The translations under genes were made by a program, and so were the position numbers. Shown here piece by piece: positions 8,917 through 16,930 of a stretch of DNA of 20,000 nt (the stretch's first letter is position 1; the number at the start of each line of letters is the position of its first letter). Source of the DNA: an uncultured virus (IMG/VR IMGVR_UViG_3300029928_000131) (taxonomy: Duplodnaviria; Heunggongvirae; Uroviricota; Caudoviricetes); IMG/VR virus record IMGVR_UViG_3300029928_000131. One strand, written 5' to 3'. The notes under the pieces were generated by a model, which saw nothing but the letters and a program-made list of their open reading frames with translations, was not told the origin of the DNA and searched no databases.

Positions 8917-8928
8917 GATGTGTCCTCC

Positions 8929-9618
8929 TCAAAATCTCATTTTTTCAAGCGCGAGCGCGGCTTCGTCAGCCCAGCGCTCTTTATCGTCTGCGCCGCCCGG
9001 CGCAGGAGGTTCTTTTCCCTCAGTGCCGCCATAGCGCTTTGCTTTGACGACACCGGCTTCCGGCTGCGCGGGCACCGCCACGAGGCTGACCTCATAGGCG
9101 TCCGCCGCACCGTCCAGCTCAAAGTGACAGCGCTGGCCGTCATACTCGCGGCCCGCGACGTGCTTGCACAGTGTATCTCTCTGGTCTGCGCCGCAGATCG
9201 AGCAGTTGACATGCTGCACGCTGCACCCCACGCTGCACTCGCTGAGGATCCCGCCCTCAATGGCGGCGATCGTGTCCGCAGTGCCTGCCGAGCGAACCAT
9301 GTAGCAGTCGAGGACCAGACGCTTGACTCTGCCCTCGCCGACAACCCGCGCATCATAGACGCGCGCAGTCTGCATCGCAGCGCTCCAGGTGTGGTCACGC
9401 AGCACAGGCTTGCCGACATAGAGCCCGCTAAGCTGCTCAAGCGTTGCCTCCGTAAACCGCTCACCGTCACGATCGACCAGATTATCACAGGCCGCCAGGC
9501 GGAAAACGAATACATCGTCAGCGCTCAGCTTGCGCAGAGTCCGCATATTGATCAGCTCAAGCGCGTGCTCGTCAACCGATGCCGCGCCCAGGTGCGCCGT
9601 TTTATAAATCATATCCAT
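8929..9618 (-). CDS. Prohead maturation protease (HK97/assemblin type) with Cys-rich insert
   Basis: VDRDGERF, KPVLRDH, ECSVG and YEVSLVAVPAQ motifs; CSICG...CKH insert; RBS GAGGAG. Confidence 0.8.
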   Translation of the reverse strand: MDMIYKTAHLGAASVDEHALELINMRTLRKLSADDVFVFRLAACDNLVDRDGERFTEATLEQLSGLYVGKPVLRDHTWSAAMQTARVYDARVVGEGRVKRLVLDCYMVRSAGTADTIAAIEGGILSECSVGCSVQHVNCSICGADQRDTLCKHVAGREYDGQRCHFELDGAADAYEVSLVAVPAQPEAGVVKAKRYGGTEGKEPPAPGGADDKERWADEAALALEKMRF

Positions 9619-9701
9619 GTGGTTACTCCTCTCCGGCGACCGTACCGTCTTTTTTTCAACGGTTCCATATCACGCTCTCCTCTCACAAAGCTAAAATCCT
9701 T

Positions 9702-10991
9702 TTACTGCGGCGGTGTTTCTTTTCCCGCCGCCCGCTGGCGGCTCAGTTCAGCAAATTCGCTCAGCGGCACATAGTTCAGGCTGGCATAGTGGGTGTCTCC
9801 GCCGTCGATAAAGGGAAGATCCTCCAGCGCGCGGATCTCGTTGACTGAGAGCACGCCTGTGTCGCGCATGGTGCGGTACCAGTTGGCGCGGCTGGCCGCG
9901 TCGCCCCTGAGCTCGGCCATCATGTTGATGCGGATCTCAAGTCCCTTTTTCAGCTCACTGTCGGTCAGCAGTTTATAGGTCTGTTCTTCTTCGTACTGCG
10001 TCACAATCGGATGGAGCGTGCTCACAACGTACTCAATGGAATTTTGCTCGTTGGAAGCGTAAGATTGAGCCCCGTCGTTCAGCTTGTACAGCGGTACGCC
10101 GAAGTAGCGGGCTATGTCCTTGACGGAAATCTCCTTGTTTTCCACAAACTGCGCATCGCGGTTCGAACTGGCGATGCTCGTGTATTTGAGGCCAAGATCA
10201 AGGATCGCCGTGCGGTGTGCATTGCTTGGCCCCAGATGGACTTTTTCCCATTCGCTGCGCAGCTGATCTTTCAGCGTGACAGGAGATCCGTCAGGGCGGG
10301 TCAGCACGCTGCCGTGCTCATTTTTGGCGTAACCGCGGAGATCGGCGTCGGTCTCCAGCACACCGCCGGGCTGTCCGCCGTTTTGATAATACGAAGCGTC
10401 GTACTGCTGTGCCGCGCGCGCCGCGGCAATAACGTCCTCCGCACGCGACAGCGTTCCGATGCCTTTCAGTCCGTTCCGTGTGGCATTTTTGTAGTGGCAG
10501 ACGTCTTCGTTCGGCAGCCGCATCAGCTCGCCGGTGAGGGGATGCGTGACGTCGTACCAGATGCGCCCGATCTCATCGTGCCACTGCTGCACGAGCTGCC
10601 AGGGCACAGGAATAAGCTCCTTCGGCAGGCCGGTCGACGGATCGCGGATGATCCAGTCGTATCCGTTTCCGCCTTCCAGTCGGCTGGTCTCCAGTACCTT
10701 TTTGCGGATAGCTGGCGTCATCGCCTCGTTTGGCCGCACGTTGAGCAGATACAGGATATCGTGTGGTACGTGCTCACGCGTGCGGTTGTCGATTACAAAG
10801 TTCGGCAGCTTCGCCATGCTGTCGCTCAGGACCTCAATGCAGCGATCAACCGTGCTCAGCTTTCTTGCCACGCTCTGCACGTCCTCTCCGACAGCCAGGC
10901 CGCCGGCGGCTGCAAGCGTGCCGATTGTGACGGCTTTTCTGGTAGTGGGCGACCGTGCAGTGGCCGCGCGGAGCCCTTTAATAACGCTCAT
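9702..10991 (-). CDS. HK97-family portal protein
   Basis: LNVRPNEAMT, YQNGGQPGGVL, DAQFVE, IARYFGVP and NEIRALEDLP motifs. Confidence 0.95.
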   Translation of the reverse strand: MSVIKGLRAATARSPTTRKAVTIGTLAAAGGLAVGEDVQSVARKLSTVDRCIEVLSDSMAKLPNFVIDNRTREHVPHDILYLLNVRPNEAMTPAIRKKVLETSRLEGGNGYDWIIRDPSTGLPKELIPVPWQLVQQWHDEIGRIWYDVTHPLTGELMRLPNEDVCHYKNATRNGLKGIGTLSRAEDVIAAARAAQQYDASYYQNGGQPGGVLETDADLRGYAKNEHGSVLTRPDGSPVTLKDQLRSEWEKVHLGPSNAHRTAILDLGLKYTSIASSNRDAQFVENKEISVKDIARYFGVPLYKLNDGAQSYASNEQNSIEYVVSTLHPIVTQYEEEQTYKLLTDSELKKGLEIRINMMAELRGDAASRANWYRTMRDTGVLSVNEIRALEDLPFIDGGDTHYASLNYVPLSEFAELSRQRAAGKETPPQ

Positions 10992-11173
10992 TCAGATTCG
11001 TCAGTCCCTTCCTCATCGGTATCGTCATAGCCGTCGAGCACAGCGCCTGCAACAAGCAGGAGACCTGCTGTGATCATTCCGGCTGGAACGTAGATCATAC
11101 TGGCACCCAGTGCGATCAGGACGCATCCGAGTACCAACGCGACGCCTTGCGCCGCAGCAGCATATTTTCTCAT
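10988..11173 (-). CDS. Small two-TM membrane protein between TerL and portal
   Basis: ATG 11173 after AAGGATGAG; two hydrophobic stretches and an acidic tail; overlaps the portal start. Confidence 0.65.
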   Translation of the reverse strand: MRKYAAAAQGVALVLGCVLIALGASMIYVPAGMITAGLLLVAGAVLDGYDDTDEEGTDESE

Positions 11174-11183
11174 TCTCTCATCC

Positions 11184-12995
11184 TTACAAACTGAACCCCG
11201 GCTGGCTGACGGCCTCGGCAAGGTCGGGCTTCTGATTTTTCGCGATCATCCACACCGCCATTGCAATAATGGCGGCGACCGTTGGGTCGATGCGGCCGGT
11301 CGATTTGTTCTTCAGCGGCTTGATATTGCCGTTTCCGTCCTCGTGGCAGCGGACATTGCCAAATGTGGTTCTAAAGCATGTATTGTGTACGTGCAGCAGC
11401 GTGTGCCGCTGCATCAAGTCGTCCATTTCCTTCATCGCCGGGCTCATATTCTTCAGGTCCTGCGGGATCTCAATGGTGTTGACGATAGGGGAGAGCCTCT
11501 GCGTGATGGTTCGGCTCAAATATGGGTCAAATCCGATCATGCGCAGGTCAAATCGCTCTCGCGCCTCGCGGATGCGGGCCTCAATATCGTCATAATCGTT
11601 CACCGTGCCGGAACACAGCGTCAAAAATCCGGCGCGCGCCCAGTCTCGATAGGGAACATGGTCCCTTTTTTCAGCCTCATCGACCGTCGCTTCCGGCCTC
11701 CAGATGCCGTATGGCCAGATCACGGCGGTGTCAAGCCCAGGCTGGGGCGGGAAGAGCAGCACAAATGCCGTCAGATCTCGGCTCGTCGACAGGTCGACGC
11801 CTCCGTAGCAGATCATGCCGTCCAGCTGATGCAGGAATTCCTCTCGTGCGGCCTTCCTGCTTGGCCCCCACTGCGTTTTGTCATACAGATTGAGCGAGAT
11901 CCAGCCGACCGCCTTCGTCGTGATCCACTGATTCAGGCGCAGCCAGCGGAAAAGCCGCTCGGCAGCCTCGCTTTTCTTGGCTGCCATGGCCTCCATGCGG
12001 ACGTTGCGCATGCTCAGGTGCTTGCCCAGCGAGGGATTGCACAGCTTCCACAGGCTTTCATCCCAAATGTCGATTTTTTCAAGGTCATCCGGATCGTCGC
12101 CGAAGAATGCCGTCAGACCGTACAGGATCGGCAGCCAGTTTTCTTCGTCGCGTTCCAGAAGGGCCTGTTCCGCGTCGGCAAGGTCCTCATCCGCGGCATG
12201 CCTTAGCGAGAGGACCTTGCGCGCGTCGCCGCCTTCCTCCTGGATGCGGCGCAGCTGCCGGGCATCGCGGATCGCGACGGCCTTATCATGAATCTCCCAC
12301 CCAATGCTGCCGCGCTCTGGGTCGTCACCGGCTGTTGTCAGCACGATCCACACCGGTTGACGGCGGGAAGCGCCGGCTGCGCCGGTCATGATATCCCAGA
12401 GTTCGCGGGACGGCTGGGCGTGCAGCTCATCAAAAATCACGCAGCTCGGCTTGTAGCCGTGCTTGCTGTACGCTTCGGCACTTAGCACTTGCATCACGCC
12501 GATGGTGACCCACTTATATCCGCCGTTGCCGGTCTTGATCCGGCGGCGGTACTCGATGCGCTTGCGGCTCTCGGTGATCTTCAGCTCGCCGCGTGCGACC
12601 ATTTTTGCCGTCCACGGCGCGCTCGTTGCCATGAAGACCGCCGCATTGTAGACGATCGAAGCGTTTTCCTTGTCCGCCGCGCAGATATAGACCTCGGCGT
12701 TCAGTTCGCCGTCGGCAAACAGGTGATAGAGCCCCAGCGCGGCCGCAAGCTCGCTTTTGCCGTTTTTCTTGGGGATCTCAAGATAGAGATACCAATATTT
12801 TCGCAGCCATTCGGCATTGATCGGGGCGGGTAGGTCCTCGGTGCCCGTTTCGGACACCAGCGTCCCGTAGAATTCCATCAACGCGCTGCGCTGCCAGTCA
12901 TACAGGTTAAAAAGTTTGCCGGTATCGGTCGTCGGCAGCCGGCTGATAAAGTCGCAGACAAACTGTCCGGACTCCTGATCGTATCGCTCAGCCAC
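11184..12995 (-). CDS. terL: Terminase large subunit
   Basis: Walker A IPKKNGKSE, Walker B VIFDELH, TTAG motif III, nuclease GGVDLS..DLTA and RIDP. Confidence 0.95.
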   Translation of the reverse strand: MAERYDQESGQFVCDFISRLPTTDTGKLFNLYDWQRSALMEFYGTLVSETGTEDLPAPINAEWLRKYWYLYLEIPKKNGKSELAAALGLYHLFADGELNAEVYICAADKENASIVYNAAVFMATSAPWTAKMVARGELKITESRKRIEYRRRIKTGNGGYKWVTIGVMQVLSAEAYSKHGYKPSCVIFDELHAQPSRELWDIMTGAAGASRRQPVWIVLTTAGDDPERGSIGWEIHDKAVAIRDARQLRRIQEEGGDARKVLSLRHAADEDLADAEQALLERDEENWLPILYGLTAFFGDDPDDLEKIDIWDESLWKLCNPSLGKHLSMRNVRMEAMAAKKSEAAERLFRWLRLNQWITTKAVGWISLNLYDKTQWGPSRKAAREEFLHQLDGMICYGGVDLSTSRDLTAFVLLFPPQPGLDTAVIWPYGIWRPEATVDEAEKRDHVPYRDWARAGFLTLCSGTVNDYDDIEARIREARERFDLRMIGFDPYLSRTITQRLSPIVNTIEIPQDLKNMSPAMKEMDDLMQRHTLLHVHNTCFRTTFGNVRCHEDGNGNIKPLKNKSTGRIDPTVAAIIAMAVWMIAKNQKPDLAEAVSQPGFSL

Positions 12996-13521
12996 TGCTT
13001 GCGCTCCTGCTCAAGGCGCTGTCCTGACGGCGGCGGAGCAGCTCGGTGAATTCATCCGTCCCGCCCTGGTCACCGGCTACAGCGCCCGCCGCGTTGACAA
13101 CTGCGGTCGGAACAACGATCCGGCAGCGGGAGGTGACGGAGAGTCCCATCGCCTCGGCGCACTGGCGCGCCTGCTTGAAATAAGCGCCCTGGATGCTCGT
13201 CCATTCCTTGGCGAGCTTCTCGTCGTTCTTGCTGATGGCCGCTGCCGCTTTCTTGTCGGCTTTGGCCCAGCGCTCGCGGCAAAGAAAATACTGGCCGAGA
13301 ACATCGCGGTCGAGTTCAGCGTAGAGACCTGCGCCGTTGAGCATCTCGCCGATCTCGCAGTATTCCGCCCGCAGGCGTTTCGGCAGCCACTTTGGCGGAT
13401 CTACCACGTCGGCCGGCGGCATATAGACCTCGTGGTCGCGCCGCTCGTCGGCTTCGGCCTGCGTCAGGTGCTTCCGGCCGTTGGCTTCCACCACTGCCGT
13501 CGGCTGTCTCTTTCCGCTCAT
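12988..13521 (-). CDS. terS: Terminase small subunit, P27 family
   Basis: PPKWL, LDRDVLGQY and MGLSVTSRCRI motifs; overlaps the TerL start. Confidence 0.88.
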   Translation of the reverse strand: MSGKRQPTAVVEANGRKHLTQAEADERRDHEVYMPPADVVDPPKWLPKRLRAEYCEIGEMLNGAGLYAELDRDVLGQYFLCRERWAKADKKAAAAISKNDEKLAKEWTSIQGAYFKQARQCAEAMGLSVTSRCRIVVPTAVVNAAGAVAGDQGGTDEFTELLRRRQDSALSRSASSG

Positions 13522-13678
13522 GTTCTCACGTCCTTCTCGTCATTCCCCGTGGGGAAAAATTCTTGTATCTCTGTATGCTTAGCGGTTACGGCACAATGCG
13601 TCAAACTTTTTGAGCAGGGGGGAGGGGGCGCAAGGAATCCGTGCGCGACGCTCCTGCGACGCGCCCGAGCGCCCAAGC
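13522..13678. other. Candidate cos/packaging region
   Basis: Non-coding gap between HNH and TerS with short inverted repeats (TTCCCC-GT-GGGGAA 13543-13556; TCAAA-CTT-TTTGA 13601-13613) and a G-run at about 13617-13628. This is where cos lies in HK97-like HNH/P27 phages. Confidence 0.5.
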
Positions 13679-14077
13679 CTACCGCCTCGAGCCTGCGCGG
13701 CGAGGTTTCGAACGCCTGCGGTTTTCGTACATTTCTCGCGCCGTCTTGCGGCTGTGGCAGCTGTGACACAGGCTCTCGAGATTGCTGCGGTCACAGAAAA
13801 CTGCCCAGTCGCCCTTGTGGCCGACGATGTGGTCGACGTCGGTAGCACGGACGCGCCTGCCGGCTTTGGCGCACTCGCGGCAGAATGGCTCACGCATCAG
13901 CTGCGTCGGGCGCAGGTCCTTGCGCCACTCGTCGGTAAAGTACATCCAGCGCCAGGACTCGGCCTCAGTGCTGCGCTGCCCTGACCGCTTCGGAGGCTGA
14001 TGCTTTGCGCAGTATCCATCGCTTACGAGCTCGTAGCATCCCGGATATCGGCACGGCCGCAGCGGCTTCTCGCTCAC
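13679..14077 (-). CDS. HNH endonuclease (HK97 gp74-like packaging accessory)
   Basis: CRYPGC..YCAKH, EPFCREC, VDHI and NLESLCHSCHSRKT motifs; GTG start with RBS GGAGGTGA. Confidence 0.92.
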   Translation of the reverse strand: MSEKPLRPCRYPGCYELVSDGYCAKHQPPKRSGQRSTEAESWRWMYFTDEWRKDLRPTQLMREPFCRECAKAGRRVRATDVDHIVGHKGDWAVFCDRSNLESLCHSCHSRKTAREMYENRRRSKPRRAGSRR

Positions 14078-14093
14078 GGGCTATCACCTCCGG

Positions 14094-14151
14094 AAAAACA
14101 AAAAAGCCTGCGCCGACACAAACTGCTCTCGCAGATCATGTGGCGCAGGCT
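14094..14151 (-). terminator. Long intrinsic terminator just upstream of the late (packaging) genes
   Basis: AGCCTGCGCC...GGCGCAGGCT 10-bp outer stem, apical CTGC-GAGA-GCAG, followed by TTTTTGTTTTT. Confidence 0.75.
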
Positions 14152-14333
14152 CTCAGGCACAGGCACTCGTCGATATTCACGATGGACTCTTTTCCGCAGA
14201 CCTTGCAGTACACGGTCAGCGACCGTGCCCGGGTCTCGGGATTGAGCCGAAGGACTTTTCCTCGACCGCATCGCGGGCAGAGGAGCCATCCGTTCTTTGT
14301 GTCCAGTTTAGCAGTTTTCACTTCGGTTTGCAA
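14136..14333 (-). CDS. Small Cys-rich zinc-ribbon protein (Cys-rich KTR / Com-like)
   Basis: WLLCPRCG...L.VYCKVCGKES..NI. Start is uncertain: TTG 14333 after AGTAGGGA, or ATG 14375. Confidence 0.7.
   Translation of the reverse strand: MQTEVKTAKLDTKNGWLLCPRCGRGKVLRLNPETRARSLTVYCKVCGKESIVNIDECLCLRACAT
14305..14333 (-). promoter_or_regulatory. sigmaA-type promoter inside the 5' end of the zinc-ribbon gene
   Basis: TTGCAA (14333-14328), 17-nt spacer ending in TGC (extended -10), TAAACT (14310-14305). Confidence 0.55.
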
Positions 14334-14379
14334 TGCTTTTTCCCTACTTTCTTGAGGTTGTCCGTAAATATTCATAAGG

Positions 14380-14395
14380 TTTCAAGAATAAGAAA
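14380..14395 (-). other. Candidate rolling-circle double-strand origin (nick site)
   Basis: TTTCTTATTCTTGAAA resembles pC194-family TTTCTTATCTTG/ATA; lies 28-43 nt after the Rep stop codon and overlaps one arm of inverted repeat TTCTTGA 14349-14355 / TCAAGAA 14382-14388. Confidence 0.45.
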
Positions 14396-14422
14396 TCATT
14401 ATCTAAAATAAAAGCACTGTTT

Positions 14423-15103
14423 TCAGTAGCTCAAATACTTGCTGTATGAGTAGATGCCCCAGTCACTTTTCGCCTCGTTATACTCGAGCGGCAAGATGAT
14501 CGCATCCCGCGGGACGTAGATGCGGCCGGTCTTGCTGGTCTTGACCTCCGGCAGCGGCACTTTGGGTTTGAGCGTCCGCGACGGTCCCCACGGATGCTGC
14601 CCGACCTCCGGCCGCTCCTTGGTGAAGTATCGGGCGAGCCTGCGGTATCCATCCTCTTGCAGGATCTTCTTTTTTGTGTACGGCACATCGTATGCCTCGC
14701 CCCAGTCCCACAGCCGCCGCACGAGCACCGCAGGATACTCGCTGTTGCGCAGAAAAACGTGGATGTGCAGGCTGTCGTGCAGCCCCTCGATGCGGTAGAC
14801 ATAGTCAAACGGCTTGCCGCTGCCCCAGCGCTTGAGGCGCTTGAGGTAAGTGTTCCAGATCTGCTGCACCTCTTTTCGACTCTCAGGTAAATTCTCCGGC
14901 GCAAACGTCAGCGAATGGAAAACGCCGTCGTACTCAAAGAGCGCGAGCCGCAGCTCCAGCTTGTCGACGGTCGTGCGGCTCATTGCTGGCCCGCAGCGAG
15001 AGCGAATGCACTCGCCGTTTTTGCGCAAAAAGCACGCACGATCCGTCGAAAATACCTTGACCAAAGGGCCCGCCCGCTGCTTTACGATACAATACTCATC
15101 CAT
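14423..15103 (-). CDS. HUH rolling-circle replication initiator-like protein
   Basis: Motif I FHSLTFA, motif II LHIHVFL and motif III LARYFTKE in canonical order. Confidence 0.8.
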   Translation of the reverse strand: MDEYCIVKQRAGPLVKVFSTDRACFLRKNGECIRSRCGPAMSRTTVDKLELRLALFEYDGVFHSLTFAPENLPESRKEVQQIWNTYLKRLKRWGSGKPFDYVYRIEGLHDSLHIHVFLRNSEYPAVLVRRLWDWGEAYDVPYTKKKILQEDGYRRLARYFTKERPEVGQHPWGPSRTLKPKVPLPEVKTSKTGRIYVPRDAIILPLEYNEAKSDWGIYSYSKYLSY

Positions 15104-15323
15104 ACAGATGACTTCCCAGCGTACCGGAGACCTCTCCGGTTATATCGCCCTCAAAGACAGATTTGTCCAACCGCTCACAGTATGTACGAACAAACTCCTC
15201 GCACAGATCGTAATACAACACCGAATGTGGCAAATTGCCATCGGCCAGCGTTGCAGCCCGCGCTGCGTCATTCCTATCGCAGCCGAGACTCATCAGCAGC
15301 TTGATCATCCGTTTCTTTTTCAT
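15096..15323 (-). CDS. Hypothetical phage protein
   Basis: MKKKRMIKLLMSLGCDRNDA start; overlaps both neighbours. Confidence 0.6.
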   Translation of the reverse strand: MKKKRMIKLLMSLGCDRNDAARAATLADGNLPHSVLYYDLCEEFVRTYCERLDKSVFEGDITGEVSGTLGSHLYG

Positions 15324-15484
15324 TCAGCAGTCTCCATCGTCATCTGTTGATACTCATTCACGCGCTCGACCTTGACCACGCGCACGCCTCCGTACTTCTC
15401 AAAGTCCATCGCGACTTTTTCTTTGATCCCCTGCGGATCTGCATCATCCGGCGCATCCAGCGCCAGTGTCACAAGCAGCCTCAT
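15320..15484 (-). CDS. 54-aa hypothetical protein (missed by the ORF track)
   Basis: MRLLVTLALDAPDDADPQGIKEKVAMDFEKYGGVRVVKVERVNEYQQMTMETAE*; ATGA overlaps at both ends fill the gap exactly. Confidence 0.7.
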   Translation of the reverse strand: MRLLVTLALDAPDDADPQGIKEKVAMDFEKYGGVRVVKVERVNEYQQMTMETAE

Positions 15485-15762
15485 GCGTCACCGTCCATGC
15501 ATGCGCCGCAGTAAGGGCAATACTCAAATACCGTCTCATGCTGATCAGCGAATTTGTAAGGCTCGTTGCGCAGACACCGCGAGCAAACTCGGTCACGTTT
15601 GTTCGCGACAGATACCCACTGTCCGTGTCTCACAAGCGCAACGTCAGCGGGTTTCATCTCGCGGATGTCTGTTACAAGTCCATAATATGGAATGCCCTCT
15701 TCCACATGACCATACGGGCGGAACCATTCAATTACCTGTTCTTTTTCGATGTATTCAGTCAT
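15481..15762 (-). CDS. Phage zinc-ribbon hypothetical protein
   Basis: PADV..VRHGQW...CSRC...YCPYCGACMD, a common Clostridia prophage motif. Confidence 0.75.
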   Translation of the reverse strand: MTEYIEKEQVIEWFRPYGHVEEGIPYYGLVTDIREMKPADVALVRHGQWVSVANKRDRVCSRCLRNEPYKFADQHETVFEYCPYCGACMDGDA

Positions 15763-16061
15763 TGTCTGACCTCCTGTTCCACATGCTCGATCCGGTTCCG
15801 CAGCCGCTGAACCTTGTAGGCTCGCTGCTCCGCCACCGCGTCCTCGACCTTAAACTCGATCACCATCTGGTCGAGCATGATCCCGACGTCGGCAATCTCT
15901 TCGGCGATGTTGGCGAGTGTATCGCCATCCACACGCCCGCGCAAAAATTTGCAAAGAACATCCTGCAGCTCAGCCATTTCCTCAAAAACCATCATGATCT
16001 GCGCCTGCGCGCCGTAGCGGTTAAGTGCTGCGCAGAAAGTGCTACGTTCCATGTCAGTCAT
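15759..16061 (-). CDS. MazG-like nucleotide pyrophosphohydrolase domain protein
   Basis: EEMAEL...K...IAEEIADV (ExxE...ExxD) pattern. Confidence 0.7.
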   Translation of the reverse strand: MTDMERSTFCAALNRYGAQAQIMMVFEEMAELQDVLCKFLRGRVDGDTLANIAEEIADVGIMLDQMVIEFKVEDAVAEQRAYKVQRLRNRIEHVEQEVRQ

Positions 16062-16513
16062 TGCTTCTCGCCCTCCAATACTGCTTCCGCTTCCTCGCGG
16101 GTGAGAAATACGTTGATTACCTTGTTCCTCTTTCCGATAAGCTGTGCAACGTCGGCAGCTTGCCCCAACGTCTTAACTTGCATTTCCAGCATCACCGGCT
16201 TTTGCGCTTGAATAGTGATTACCTTGTAGACCGTATCGCCCACCTTGCACGGCAGCACCACCACGCGCCCGTCCCGGTCGGCCTTTAATAACTCTCGAAT
16301 CCGCTCTGCCTTTGACGTATCATCGCTAAAGGCGGATTCGATGATGATTTTTGCATTGGCGCACTGCTCCGGCGTCAGCTCAGTGTCTAAATACTCCCGT
16401 AGCAGCGGGCAATGTGCCGCTGGAATTGCTGTGCAGAATCCGCCAACTACGGTACAATTTCCGTTGTCTTCGTGCCTGAAATTGCATCTTAGGCAGTTAA
16501 CCTTATCCATCAC
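16058..16513 (-). CDS. Hypothetical phage protein
   Basis: Cys-rich N-terminus; GRVVVLPCKVGDTVY and VFLTREEAEA motifs common in gut phages. Confidence 0.7.
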   Translation of the reverse strand: MMDKVNCLRCNFRHEDNGNCTVVGGFCTAIPAAHCPLLREYLDTELTPEQCANAKIIIESAFSDDTSKAERIRELLKADRDGRVVVLPCKVGDTVYKVITIQAQKPVMLEMQVKTLGQAADVAQLIGKRNKVINVFLTREEAEAVLEGEKQ

Positions 16514-16926
16514 TCAACCTCCGGCCCATCCGGCAGCGGCATCCACGCAAGCACCATCGCTCTGGCCCCGCGTATAGCATCGCCGCCCCATGCACCTCTG
16601 CCAAGCGGCGTAAAGTATCCGGTTCGCTGCATTTTCTCCATCTCTCCCGTGACCAGATTGCAATACCTGACCAGACAGAGATAATCACCGGCGCTTTCGG
16701 GCAACCGCTCCGTCACCGGCACCCACTTCTGCCGCTCCTGCAACACTGCGATCTCCTCGGCGTACCGCGCGCATCGGTCGGTCATCTTCTCAATCAGATC
16801 TGCGGCGGTACGCACCATCTCGCTGACACATTCAATATCCATAGGATCTCCGTTATTTAACGGGCATTTGGTGCATTCGGTATACACGCAGCACCGCAGC
16901 GCCTTCAAAATCTCTTCGTTATTCAT
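16510..16926 (-). CDS. DUF551-domain protein
   Basis: ALRCC..C..CP N-terminus; WVPVTERLPE...VLAWMPLPDGP C-terminus. Confidence 0.7.
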   Translation of the reverse strand: MNNEEILKALRCCVYTECTKCPLNNGDPMDIECVSEMVRTAADLIEKMTDRCARYAEEIAVLQERQKWVPVTERLPESAGDYLCLVRYCNLVTGEMEKMQRTGYFTPLGRGAWGGDAIRGARAMVLAWMPLPDGPEVE

Positions 16927-16930
16927 TTGC

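Noticed and set aside
22..13845. Many long + strand ORFs (e.g. 22-825, 4409-5299, 6438-7496, 8833-9774, 10011-11030, 11343-12206)
   Set aside because: Antisense shadows of GC-rich minus-strand phage genes; no recognisable motifs or RBS, and they overlap well-supported genes.
13518..13893. Minus-strand ORFs 13518..13769 and 13579..13893
   Set aside because: They overlap the HNH gene in other frames and cross the likely cos gap; composition is not protein-like.
14074..14289. Minus ORF 14074..14289 spanning the terminator
   Set aside because: Alternative frame of the zinc-ribbon gene, with no RBS and no motif.
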